Assembly: GCA_035525285.1 (NCBI GenBank)
Contig: DATLFB010000044.1
Location: 108,441 to 172,440 of the forward strand
DNA: 64,000 bases
Reading direction: 5' to 3'
From: Thermoanaerobaculia bacterium
Lineage (GTDB): Bacteria; Acidobacteriota; Thermoanaerobaculia; Gp7-AA8
Shown here: positions 55,949 through 64,000 of the stretch, piece after piece
Layout of the letters: every line of letters begins with the position of its first letter
Numbering within the stretch: position 1 is the stretch's first letter
Program-made: the position numbers and the translations under genes
The notes under the pieces: generated by a model
Database searches by the model: none
What the model saw: only the letters and a program-made list of their open reading frames with translations
What the model was told of the DNA's origin: nothing

Positions 55949-56458
55949 ATGCGAATCAAATTCGTTCTTCCTCTCCTTTTCATCGCCGTCGGCGCGCTCG
56001 CGCAGCCGATGGAGCCGCCGCGCGGCGGCGGCCGGCGCGGGCCGGAGCTCCTTCCGCCGCCGGGCTGGTGGCACGATCCGTATCTCTCTGAGAGCGTGAA
56101 CCTGACCGACGAGCAGACCGACAAGCTCGACGACCTGCAGGACGCCGCGCGCGCCGAATCCAGACAACTCGAACGAGACGTGCGCAAAGCGGACGACGAG
56201 CTGCGCGCCGCGCTGAATGACCGCAACGCCAGCGTCGAGCGCATCGTCGCCGCTGGCAATCGCGTCGCGACGCTGCGCGATCAGATGCTGCGCAAGCAGA
56301 TCGTGGCGCTCGCCAATCAGCGCGCGATCCTCACGCATGCGCAATGGACCGCGCTGCAGAAGCAACTCGACGAACGGCGCGGCCCGCCGATGCACGATCG
56401 CGGCGGCTTCCGCCCGGGCGGTCCGCCACGCGGCGGAGGCATGCGGCCGCCGCGGTAA
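55949..56458 (+). CDS. periplasmic Spy/CpxP-like protein (LTxxQ motifs), second copy
   Basis: A signal peptide is followed by LTDEQTDKLDDLQ and LTHAQWTALQKQ. Confidence 0.7.
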   Translation: MRIKFVLPLLFIAVGALAQPMEPPRGGGRRGPELLPPPGWWHDPYLSESVNLTDEQTDKLDDLQDAARAESRQLERDVRKADDELRAALNDRNASVERIVAAGNRVATLRDQMLRKQIVALANQRAILTHAQWTALQKQLDERRGPPMHDRGGFRPGGPPRGGGMRPPR

Positions 56459-56459
56459 A

Positions 56460-56805
56460 ACGTAGCGGCGGGCTTTAGCCCGCCTACGGGGCCGACCGGC
56501 TGAAGCCGATCGGAGATCGGCGGACCGGCCGACTGAAAGTCGGCGTTCCGTTTTCGAGTAGCGCGGCCTTCCAGGCCGCCGTGTCGCTGGCTTCCAGCCA
56601 GCGATGTCGCCGGCAGGATGCCGGCGTTACGGCGGGCAGGATGCCCGCGCTACAACTCCCGCTTGGGCAACGGTCATGGAACGCCGACATGCTGTCGGCC
56701 GGTCCGCCGACTTCCAGTCGGCGGGTTTTGACGCCGATCGGAAATCGGCGGACCGGCCGACTGAAAGTCGGCGTTCCGTTTCGAGAAAAAGGTAGGCGGT
56801 CGCTA
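56460..56805. repeat. hairpin-dense non-coding region with two direct copies of about 55 nt
   Basis: GCCGATCGGA(G/A)ATCGGCGGACCGGCCGACTGAAAGTCGGCGTTCCGTTT occurs at 56506-56556 and 56733-56790. At least five more stem-loops lie between them. One (ccgccgacttccagtcggcgg + gttttg) looks like a terminator. Confidence 0.8.
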
Positions 56806-56810
56806 CGTTC

Positions 56811-57701
56811 TCACGCGCGTTTCTTTTTCTTCATCGCCGCGCGTTTGCTCGCGCGGCGCGGCGGCTTGCGGGCGGCCGTGCCGCCGCCGAGGGAGCGGCT
56901 GAGGACGGCGAGGAGATCGACGACTTCCGCGCCCGGCTCTTCCGGCTTCATGCCTTCCGGCGCGCGGATCACGTCCTCGCCCTTGCGTTGCTTCGCGGCG
57001 ACGAGCTTCTCGAGCCGCTCCTCATAGTCGTCGAGCAGCTCCCCCGGATCGAGCTTGCGCGACTTCTTCGCGATCTGGCTCTCGAATTTCTTCACGTCCG
57101 CGGCCGTCGCCTTCGCTTTCTTCGGCAATCCGATCTGCTCCGGCGTGCGGACTTCGTCGTGGAAGCGCAGCGTCTCCGCGCGCAGGATCCCATCCTCGGC
57201 CAGGATCGCCACGAGATACTCCTTCGCGCGCATCACGAACGTCGCGATGCCCGCGTATCCCTTCTTCTCCATCACTTCGGCGAGCAGTCGATACGCTTTG
57301 TTCGAGCCGCCGGAGGGAACGAGGAAATAGCCGCGCTCGAAGTAAACGGGATCGAGCGCATCGGCATCGACGAAGAGCTGCAGATCGATCTCGCGCGACT
57401 TGCGCGGCTCGATCGCCTCGAGCTCTTCATCCGTGACGACGACGTACTTGTCCTTCTCGATCGCGTAGCCGCGCACGATGTCGTCCGCGTCGAGCTCCTT
57501 CTCGTCTTTCGAACAGATGTAGCGCCGCTCGACCGTCGCGCCGTCGGGTCCGACCATGCGCAGCGCGGTGCCGCCGGAACGCGTCGCGGCGTAGAGCGCG
57601 ACGGGAACGGTGACCAGGCCGAACGTGATCGTGCCGGTCCAGAACGAGCGAATGCCGCCCGGTGCGCTGCCTTCTTCGACGTCTTCGAGCTCCTCAGCCA
57701 T
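56811..57701 (-). CDS. ku: Ku protein (non-homologous end joining)
   Basis: FWTGTITFGLVTVPVALY matches the Ku core, with a Lys-rich C-terminal tail. Confidence 0.85.
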   Translation of the reverse strand: MAEELEDVEEGSAPGGIRSFWTGTITFGLVTVPVALYAATRSGGTALRMVGPDGATVERRYICSKDEKELDADDIVRGYAIEKDKYVVVTDEELEAIEPRKSREIDLQLFVDADALDPVYFERGYFLVPSGGSNKAYRLLAEVMEKKGYAGIATFVMRAKEYLVAILAEDGILRAETLRFHDEVRTPEQIGLPKKAKATAADVKKFESQIAKKSRKLDPGELLDDYEERLEKLVAAKQRKGEDVIRAPEGMKPEEPGAEVVDLLAVLSRSLGGGTAARKPPRRASKRAAMKKKKRA

Positions 57702-58482
57702 GTTTCCTCTTTCCCGCGCCCGCGAGACTCGCCTCGAGGACGTCGGCGAGCTGCTCTTCGCGCTTCGGCTTCCGCGGGCGGAAGACTTTCATCTTCACCT
57801 TCCCACCCTCGGCCTTCGTTTCGACGAGCTCCATCACCCGCGCGCGGTACTCATCCCGATATTGCGAGGGATCGAGCTCGCCGTGCAGCGCTTCGAGCAG
57901 CTGCGCGGCCATGTCGAGCTCGCGCTTCTGCATCGGACGTCCGCCCGGCGGCTTCAGCGCGTCGGCGGCGATGATCTCGTCCGCGTGCCGCAGGACGATG
58001 AGCATCAGATGGCCCTCCTCTTCGCGCAGCGCACCCGCGTACGCGCGGTCGCGCATCACCCACTTCGCGATCGCCTGTTTGTTTTTCTTCCTCAGCGCCT
58101 CGGCGAGCGCAAAGTAGGCCTTCGTGTTGCCGTCGGGTCCGAGGTAGTACGCGCGCTCGTACCAGCGTTGATCGACGTCCGCGGGATCGACGAAACGCGT
58201 GATCGCGATGTCGCGCGATTCTTCCGGCTCGAGCGTTTCCAGCTCCTCGTCCTCGAGGACGACCATCCGCCCGCGCGACACCGGATACGCTTTCCTCACC
58301 TCGGCGTACTCGACCGGCTTGCCGCTCTCCGAGCTCACGAGTTGCTGCTTGACGGGTTGCTTGTCGGTCTTGTGCAACAGGCGGAAGTGCACCGTGCGAT
58401 CGGTGACTCCGGAGTAGAGCTTCACCGGCACCTCGATCGAGCCAACATGAATGACGCCTTTCCACATCGCGCGTGCGGCCAT
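57694..58482 (-). CDS. ku: Ku protein, second paralog; its stop overlaps the first Ku start by 8 nt
   Basis: MAARAMWKGVIHVGSIEVPVKLY is the Ku N-terminus. I chose the ATG at 58482. The ORF-track start at 58584 runs into a palindromic element. Confidence 0.8.
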   Translation of the reverse strand: MAARAMWKGVIHVGSIEVPVKLYSGVTDRTVHFRLLHKTDKQPVKQQLVSSESGKPVEYAEVRKAYPVSRGRMVVLEDEELETLEPEESRDIAITRFVDPADVDQRWYERAYYLGPDGNTKAYFALAEALRKKNKQAIAKWVMRDRAYAGALREEEGHLMLIVLRHADEIIAADALKPPGGRPMQKRELDMAAQLLEALHGELDPSQYRDEYRARVMELVETKAEGGKVKMKVFRPRKPKREEQLADVLEASLAGAGKRKHG

Positions 58483-58514
58483 GCCGAGGATCATTGCAAA
58501 TGGAACGCCGCCTG

Positions 58515-58592
58515 TGTGGAGTGCGGCGACGCCAGTCGCCGCTTCTCTACGCGCATACAACAGCGGCGACTGGCGTCGCCGCACTCCACATC
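58515..58592. repeat. MITE-like element with terminal inverted repeats of about 30 bp (TGGAGTGCGGCGACGCCAGTCGCCGC...GCGGCGACTGGCGTCGCCGCACTCCA)
   Basis: The same inverted repeats, with a longer internal spacer, occur at 476-590 between the ABC ATPase and permease genes. Confidence 0.85.
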
Positions 58593-60765
58593 ACTTCACC
58601 CAGATCCGCGAACTGTCCCGCCTGCCCTGCGCGTCGATCGCCGTAATCACGTGCATGCCGGGCGCGAGCGGCCACTCGAGCGAGCCGCCGGGCGATGACG
58701 AGCCGATGCGGCGGTCGTCGATGTGCCAGGCGACGCGCGTCGCGGCAAGCGCGCGGAGGCGCAGGGTCTGGAACTCGCTGCGCAGCGTGGGATCGATCAG
58801 GTACGTCGCGCCGTCCGGCGGATTTGCGATCTCGAGCGGAGCGCGGTGCATCGTCGCGGTCTGCGCGCGCTGCGGCGGCAGCCAGCCGCGATATTCGGCG
58901 GGCCAGTCGATCCAATGGTCGTGATGCCACGAACAGAATCGCGGCGCGGCGTCGACGGGCAGCCATTCCTTGCGCAGCGAGTCGCACCACTGCGTCGGAC
59001 GCGCACCGGAGAGCGCGCAGATCTCGACGGACTCGACATCGGCAGTCGGCGCGACGATCGGCGTCGAGTCGCCGATGGGCAGCGTGCCCCGCGCGCGTTT
59101 CATCGCCGCGAGCATCACCGCGTGAAAGACCGGCGCGGCGCCGGTGACGCCGGTCGAGCCGCGCAGCGGCCGCAGGTCGAAGTTGCCGACCCACACGCCG
59201 ACGGTGACGTCTTTCGTGTAGCCGATCGTCCAGTTGTCGCGATACGACTGCGAGGTTCCCGTCTTCACGGCGACGGGAAACGGGAAGTCGAGACTGCCGC
59301 CGGTGCCGAAGGCGTAGGCGCGCGCTTCGGGGTCGGCGAGGATGTCGGTGATCCAGAACGCGGTGCGCTTCGCGAAGGGTTGCCCGGTTGCCCGGTTGCC
59401 CGGTTGCCCGGCGAAGAGTGAATAGGCTTTGACGAGTTGCTCTAAGGTCACCTCGGCGTCGCCGAGTGTCAGGCCGAGGCCGTAGTAGTCCGCGGTGCGC
59501 TGCAGATCCGTGAATCCCGCGTTGCGCAGCAATCGCAGCAGCGCCTCGGGGCCGAGTTTCGAGAGCATCGCTACCGCGGGGACGTTCTGCGATCCCGCGA
59601 GCGCCGCGCGGATGCGGAGCGGGCCGCGATAGCGGCCGTCGTAGTTGCGCGGCGAGTAGACGATGCCTTCCTCGGCGGTCGGGAAGTGCGAGGGAACATC
59701 GGCGAGGACGGTCGCGGGCGTCTCGCCGCTCTCGAACGCGAGTGCGTACGTGAACGGCTTCAGCGCCGATCCCGGCTGGCGCGGCGTGGTGACGCCGTCG
59801 ATCGCACCGCCGAAGCCCTCGCCGAAGTAGTCGCCGGAGCCTTCCCATGCGAGCCACTCGCCGCTCGCGTTGTCGAGCACGGCGACCGCGACGCTCGACG
59901 CGCCGTGGCGGAGGAGCTCTTTCCTGTGCGCGTCGATGATGCCGATGACGTCGCGTTGCAGGTCTGCGTCGAGCGTGGTGAGGAGGGCGGACGTCTCGTC
60001 CGCCCCGCGGGGGGCGGACGAGGACGTCCGCCCTCCAAGGACACGCTCGACGAAGTGCATCGCCAGCACGGGCTGCGCGCCGCGCACGAACCGCAAGCGC
60101 TCCGCGCGCGCGAGCGCGAGCTCCTGCGGCGTCAACTGCATCCGCGCGAGCACGTGCAGTTGCCTCGCGCGCGCGCGCTGCGCGTCGCGCCGCGGATTGA
60201 ACGCGCCCGGCCGCTGCGGCAGCGACGCGAGAAACGCGGCCTGCGCGGGCGTGAGGTTCTCCGGCGCGCAGCCGAAGTACGCGCGGCTCGCGCGCGCGGC
60301 GCCGGTGATGCGGTTTCCGTACGGCGCGAGGTTGAGGTACATCGCGAGGATCTCGCGCTTCGTGTAGCGATGTTCGAGCCGGAGGGCGACGACGCTTTCG
60401 CGCCACTTCGAGCGCAGCGAGCGGTCGCGCGATTGCAGGATCAGCTTCGCGACCTGCTGCGTGATCGTCGAGCCGCCTTCGACGACGCGCATCGCGCGCA
60501 CGTTGTGTGCCGCGGCGCGGGACACCGCAATCGGATCGATGCCGATGTGCGAGAAGAATCGCCGATCCTCGGCCGCGAGCGTCGCGTCGACGATGCGCGG
60601 AGGGAGCGCATCCGCGCTCAGCCATTCCGTCCGGTTGCCGCTCGCGCCGAGGGACTCGTAGAGGACTTCGCCGTGACGGTCGACGATCGTGACGTGACGC
60701 GGAGTTTCGATGTGCGGGATCGGGCCGAGGCGGAGCCACGCCACGAACGCGATCACCGCTGTCAT
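58591..60765 (-). CDS. pbpC: penicillin-binding protein 1C (GT51 transglycosylase, transpeptidase, PbpC C-terminal domain)
   Basis: Contains EDRRFFSHIGIDP...GGSTITQQVAK (GT51) and a transpeptidase core. It lies directly downstream of the alpha-2-macroglobulin gene. Start placed at MTAVIAFV (60765). In-frame repeat copies sit at 59378-59411 and 59982-60036. Confidence 0.85.
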   Translation of the reverse strand: MTAVIAFVAWLRLGPIPHIETPRHVTIVDRHGEVLYESLGASGNRTEWLSADALPPRIVDATLAAEDRRFFSHIGIDPIAVSRAAAHNVRAMRVVEGGSTITQQVAKLILQSRDRSLRSKWRESVVALRLEHRYTKREILAMYLNLAPYGNRITGAARASRAYFGCAPENLTPAQAAFLASLPQRPGAFNPRRDAQRARARQLHVLARMQLTPQELALARAERLRFVRGAQPVLAMHFVERVLGGRTSSSAPRGADETSALLTTLDADLQRDVIGIIDAHRKELLRHGASSVAVAVLDNASGEWLAWEGSGDYFGEGFGGAIDGVTTPRQPGSALKPFTYALAFESGETPATVLADVPSHFPTAEEGIVYSPRNYDGRYRGPLRIRAALAGSQNVPAVAMLSKLGPEALLRLLRNAGFTDLQRTADYYGLGLTLGDAEVTLEQLVKAYSLFAGQPGNRATGQPFAKRTAFWITDILADPEARAYAFGTGGSLDFPFPVAVKTGTSQSYRDNWTIGYTKDVTVGVWVGNFDLRPLRGSTGVTGAAPVFHAVMLAAMKRARGTLPIGDSTPIVAPTADVESVEICALSGARPTQWCDSLRKEWLPVDAAPRFCSWHHDHWIDWPAEYRGWLPPQRAQTATMHRAPLEIANPPDGATYLIDPTLRSEFQTLRLRALAATRVAWHIDDRRIGSSSPGGSLEWPLAPGMHVITAIDAQGRRDSSRIWVK

Positions 60766-60925
60766 CCCGAGCGCAGCGAGGGACCTGGGGGTCAGGGCGG
60801 CGCGAGCACGGCGCCACCCGCCCGCCCGGGTCCCTCGCTCACGCTCGGGATGACGTGGGGTCACTTCTCCACCTCCACCGGGGTCACTTCTCCACCTCCA
60901 CGTGGGGTCACTTCTGCACCTCCAC
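60761..60925. repeat. SLTLGMT-family palindrome (60761-60854) followed by 3 tandem copies of a GGGGTCACTTCTCCACCTCCAC unit of about 23 bp (60855-60925)
   Basis: gtcatcccgagcgcagcgagggacc...ggtccctcgctcacgctcgggatgac, then gtggggtcacttctccacctccaccg repeated three times. Confidence 0.85.
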
Positions 60926-63900
60926 CGTCACCGTGCCCGTCCTTCCGAATACCTCCGGCTCGTACATTTCCTCCGCGTGCGTCGGGGCGGTGATGAAAGT
61001 GCCCGCGGTCGTGGCGCGCACGAGGTACGAGTATTCGTGCTCGCCTTCGCCGAGGCGGGTGGCGAAGAGGTTGACGCGATCGTCGTGGCGCTCGACGTGA
61101 TCGAAGCCGCCGCGCTCCCACCAGGTCCACCAGTCGCCGCCCCCGTCCGACCGCATCTGCGTTTCCGCGAGCTGCGCAGCGGTCGTCGCGAACCACGTTT
61201 CCACCGGCTCGGTGCCCGCGGGAATCGGATCGGTCACCGCGACGTAGCGGCGCTCCTTCGTGTTGCGGATGCGCAGCGTGACGAGGATCAGATCGCCCGC
61301 CTTGAACGTCGTCGACGGTTCGCCGCCGCTCTGCAGCGCGTACGAACGCTCGACGCGGAAACCGCTGTCGAGCGCCTGCAGGCACTGGATGTTTCGCGCG
61401 TAGCGCAGCCGCAGCATGTAGAAGAGCGTGCCCGTGCCTTCGCGCGTGAAGACGACGGGAAGCGTTCCGCTGCGACGCAGCACGTCCTGCATCGAGAACT
61501 CTTTCCGCCTCGCCTCGGTCGAGCGGCCCTTGAACGTCTCGGTCGCGATCGTTTCGGTTCCGAGCGCAACGGTCGCGACGAAGTCGGGGATCTCTGACTC
61601 GTACTTGCGGTAGTAGTCGACGAGCGCTTCCATCGCCCACGCGTTTTCCTGCGTGTTGCCCCACCGCCCTTCCTTCCGCACGCGCATCATCCAGCGCACC
61701 ATGCGCTTCACCATCTCTTCTTCGGATCCATGACGCACCAGCGTGCCGAGAGTCATCGCGGTCGAGCGCACGTTCGAGTTCCAGAACCAGAGCAGATACG
61801 GATCGCTGAGCTCGTTCACGAACGCGTGTCCTCCCTCGGGGAGGATCGAGTTCATGATGCGGCGCTTCAGATCCGTCACGCGCGGACCGCTCGTCTCCTT
61901 TTTGGCAATCATCGCGTCGAGTAGATGCGTGAGTCCGAACACCGGCATCCGATCGCGATACTCGTAGATGCGATTGAGGTTGCTGTCGACGTTGCGCCCG
62001 CCCTCGGCGAGCACCTTCAGCGCGAACGCCTGCCACGCGTTGTATGCCGGACGCCACCCCTCGTTGTTCGGCGGCGCCTGTCCAAGGACTCCTTCGAGGA
62101 ACGCGTAGGCCCGATCCATCATCGTCTGGTCGACGCGATAGCCGAGCTTCGCGCCGCGCTGGAAGACGTGCATCACGTAGCTCGTGAGATACGGCGGGGA
62201 CGGACCCCAGCACTCGCCCGGCCAGAACGAGAACCCGCCGTCGCCGCACTGGAACTTGCGCAGCTCGTCGAGATTCGTCTGGACGGCCTCTTTTTGTTTG
62301 GCCGGATCGATTCCCGGCAGCGAGAACGCATCGCCGAGATCGGTGACGAGCATCAACGCCAGCGCGCGCGACGAGCGCTGCTCCGCGCAGCCGTACGGAT
62401 ACTCGACGAGATACTGCGCGCCTTCGGCGAGACCGACCATCGCGGTCGACGAGAGATCCACGCGCAATCCGCCGAAGCCGGGAACGACGTCCGTCGGAAT
62501 CTGGAGGGCGGACGTCCCGTCCGCCAAGCGGACGGGACGTCCGCCCTCCGGGACTTCGCCATACGCGGCAACGGTCTCCGGCGACACGATCACGCGCACC
62601 GGGATCACGTCTTCGAACGCGTCGGCCTCGCGCCCCATCTTCACGCGCATGCGAATGCGCGCGACGCCGACGCTCTTCGCTTCGGCATCGAAGCGGACTT
62701 CGTTTGCGGAGCCGGGCTTCACGTCGACCGTCGAACTGCCACCGATCGCGATCACGTTCGGATCGAGCGACTCGATCGTGACAGTCGCCTTGCCGCCCTT
62801 TTTGAGCTGGTTGTGCACGACCGCGCCGAAATGCGCTTTGTCGCCGGCGGTGAGGAACCGCGGCCAGGCCGGCGTGAGCATCAGCGGCTTGTTGACGCGG
62901 ATCTCGTTCGACGCCCAGCCGAAGCGCGACTCGCGGTCGCCGGCAACGGCCATGATGCGATACGTCGTGAGCGACTCGGGGAGCGTGACTTCGGTGCGCG
63001 CGCGGCCCTTCGCATCGGTGATGAGCGATCCGAGCCAGAACGCGAGCACGCGGAAGTCCTTGCGCACCACGCCCGGACCCGCGTCGCGTCCGCCGCCACC
63101 GCCCTCGCCCCCACCCTTCGGCGTGAGCACGCGGCGGCTGACGATGCGCTGGCGCGAGTCTTCGTTCGCGACCTGCAACGCCTTGTCGAGATAGATCGAC
63201 TCGAGCACGTCGGGCGTCCTGTAGTTCGTCAGCGACAGCACGCCGTAGTCGACGGCCCACAACGTGACCTCCGACTGCGATGGCTTGCCGCCCGCGTCGC
63301 GCACGTTGACTTCGATCTTCGCCTTCGACGCGGGACGGAACTCGTCGCGATCGGCTTTCACGTTCACGGCGAGACGCTTCGATGCGTCTTCGACCTGCAA
63401 TTCGACATAGCCGAGGCGGAACGCGGGCTTGCCGGGATCGCTGCCGTCCTTCCCATCATTAATATCCGGATCTTTCTTCGTGCGTCCTTTGACGAGCAAC
63501 ACCGAGACGAACACGTTCGGGATGTCGCGCTCGGTGAGCGGCACGCTCACCGTTTGCTGCGTCGAGGTCAGCGTGAATGTCGTCCACGTGCGGACGCCTT
63601 CGCGCTCGGTGGTGAGCAGCGCGGTCGCCGTTTCCCACGGCGACTTGATCATGATCCGCGCGGTCTCGCCGGGGCGATACGTCGTCTTTTCGGGCACGAG
63701 ATCGATGCGGTTGTGATCGAAGCGCTCCCAGGCGGTGTAGCCCTCGCCGAGGGCGTAGAAGCCGACGCGCGTCGTCGTCGAGCGCCCGGCGTTCTCCGCG
63801 TGCCCGATGATCACGTAGCGGCCGCCTTCCTTCAGCGGGATGTGCAGCGGCACGGGCTTCGTCTCGCTGGTGATCGTCCACTCACCCGCGGGAATCTCTT

Positions 63901-64000
63901 TCCGCTCCGTTTCCCATTCGTAGAATCCGTGCCCCTCGGCCCTGCGCACGCTGACCCACTGGATGCGCTTGAGCTCCACGGTGACCTTCACGCCCGCATC
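60908..64000 (-). CDS. bacterial alpha-2-macroglobulin (YfhM-like), partial; the N-terminus lies beyond the window
   Basis: The thioester motif GCAEQ is present (EYPYGCAEQRSS), with MG-domain-like repeats. There is no stop before position 64000. It sits in the conserved pairing with pbpC. Confidence 0.85.
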   Translation of the reverse strand, partial: DAGVKVTVELKRIQWVSVRRAEGHGFYEWETERKEIPAGEWTITSETKPVPLHIPLKEGGRYVIIGHAENAGRSTTTRVGFYALGEGYTAWERFDHNRIDLVPEKTTYRPGETARIMIKSPWETATALLTTEREGVRTWTTFTLTSTQQTVSVPLTERDIPNVFVSVLLVKGRTKKDPDINDGKDGSDPGKPAFRLGYVELQVEDASKRLAVNVKADRDEFRPASKAKIEVNVRDAGGKPSQSEVTLWAVDYGVLSLTNYRTPDVLESIYLDKALQVANEDSRQRIVSRRVLTPKGGGEGGGGGRDAGPGVVRKDFRVLAFWLGSLITDAKGRARTEVTLPESLTTYRIMAVAGDRESRFGWASNEIRVNKPLMLTPAWPRFLTAGDKAHFGAVVHNQLKKGGKATVTIESLDPNVIAIGGSSTVDVKPGSANEVRFDAEAKSVGVARIRMRVKMGREADAFEDVIPVRVIVSPETVAAYGEVPEGGRPVRLADGTSALQIPTDVVPGFGGLRVDLSSTAMVGLAEGAQYLVEYPYGCAEQRSSRALALMLVTDLGDAFSLPGIDPAKQKEAVQTNLDELRKFQCGDGGFSFWPGECWGPSPPYLTSYVMHVFQRGAKLGYRVDQTMMDRAYAFLEGVLGQAPPNNEGWRPAYNAWQAFALKVLAEGGRNVDSNLNRIYEYRDRMPVFGLTHLLDAMIAKKETSGPRVTDLKRRIMNSILPEGGHAFVNELSDPYLLWFWNSNVRSTAMTLGTLVRHGSEEEMVKRMVRWMMRVRKEGRWGNTQENAWAMEALVDYYRKYESEIPDFVATVALGTETIATETFKGRSTEARRKEFSMQDVLRRSGTLPVVFTREGTGTLFYMLRLRYARNIQCLQALDSGFRVERSYALQSGGEPSTTFKAGDLILVTLRIRNTKERRYVAVTDPIPAGTEPVETWFATTAAQLAETQMRSDGGGDWWTWWERGGFDHVERHDDRVNLFATRLGEGEHEYSYLVRATTAGTFITAPTHAEEMYEPEVFGRTGTVTVEVQK

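Noticed and set aside
60855-60925. Whether the 3x23-bp tandem repeat encodes a C-terminal VTVEVQK-type protein repeat in the alpha-2-macroglobulin
   Set aside because: The in-frame stop at 60908 precedes most of the repeat, and the similar peptide is in a different frame. It is more likely a non-coding tandem repeat. A frameshift cannot be fully excluded.
1-64000. CRISPR arrays, rRNA or tRNA genes, integrases or transposases
   Set aside because: I found no direct-repeat/spacer arrays of CRISPR type (the tandem repeats are 7-8 nt mirror arrays). No rRNA-like conserved stretches are present, and no recombinase-like ORFs. I cannot exclude a tRNA by eye.

Overview
This is a high-GC (about 65-70% by eye) bacterial chromosomal segment carrying roughly 60 genes. 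There is no CRISPR array, no rRNA, and no tRNA I could recognise.

The gene content points to an Acidobacteria- or Gemmatimonadetes-like soil bacterium: a TonB-dependent receptor with a carboxypeptidase-regulatory-like N-terminal domain, several Ser/Thr kinases fused to sensor or TonB/TolB-like domains, NarL- and OmpR-type two-component systems, and otsA-otsB.

Gene layout, left to right:
- An iron/cobalamin-type ABC importer operon (binding protein, permease, ATPase; the ATPase is cut by the window edge).
- A large pseudo-receiver / Ser-Thr kinase / TonB-C chimera, then rho.
- A TonB-dependent receptor, an e(P4) acid phosphatase, and otsAB with a divergent HAD-IIB phosphatase.
- A NarL-type two-component system, a Ser/Thr kinase with a TolB-like beta-propeller, rimO and dusB.
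- A CHI-like protein, a methyltransferase, hbd, an ankyrin-repeat protein and bacterioferritin.
- A low-GC islet flanked by direct repeats, then a GT2 glycosyltransferase, a polysaccharide deacetylase and yhbY.
- A decayed toxin-antitoxin locus joined to a GH18 fragment.
- A sensory operon (outer-membrane protein, binding protein, histidine kinase, response regulator).
- A 10-kb island of five secreted proteases (four S8 subtilisins and one M4 thermolysin) plus an unknown protein and an EEP-family nuclease/phosphatase.
- dsbD with a thioredoxin-TPR protein, a C26 amidotransferase-like hydrolase, an M15 peptidase and a Uma2 endonuclease.
- A Cpx-like envelope-stress module (OmpR-type regulator and kinase, divergent from two Spy/CpxP-like LTxxQ proteins).
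- Two overlapping Ku genes, then pbpC and a partial alpha-2-macroglobulin.

The most unusual feature is the repeat content. At least seven families of short palindromic elements recur through the window. Five of them share a 'mirror tandem array' design: a 7-8 nt unit repeated 4-6 times, a spacer, then the reverse-complement unit repeated 4-6 times. Two families sit in-frame inside unrelated coding genes as well as between genes, in the manner of Rickettsia palindromic elements.
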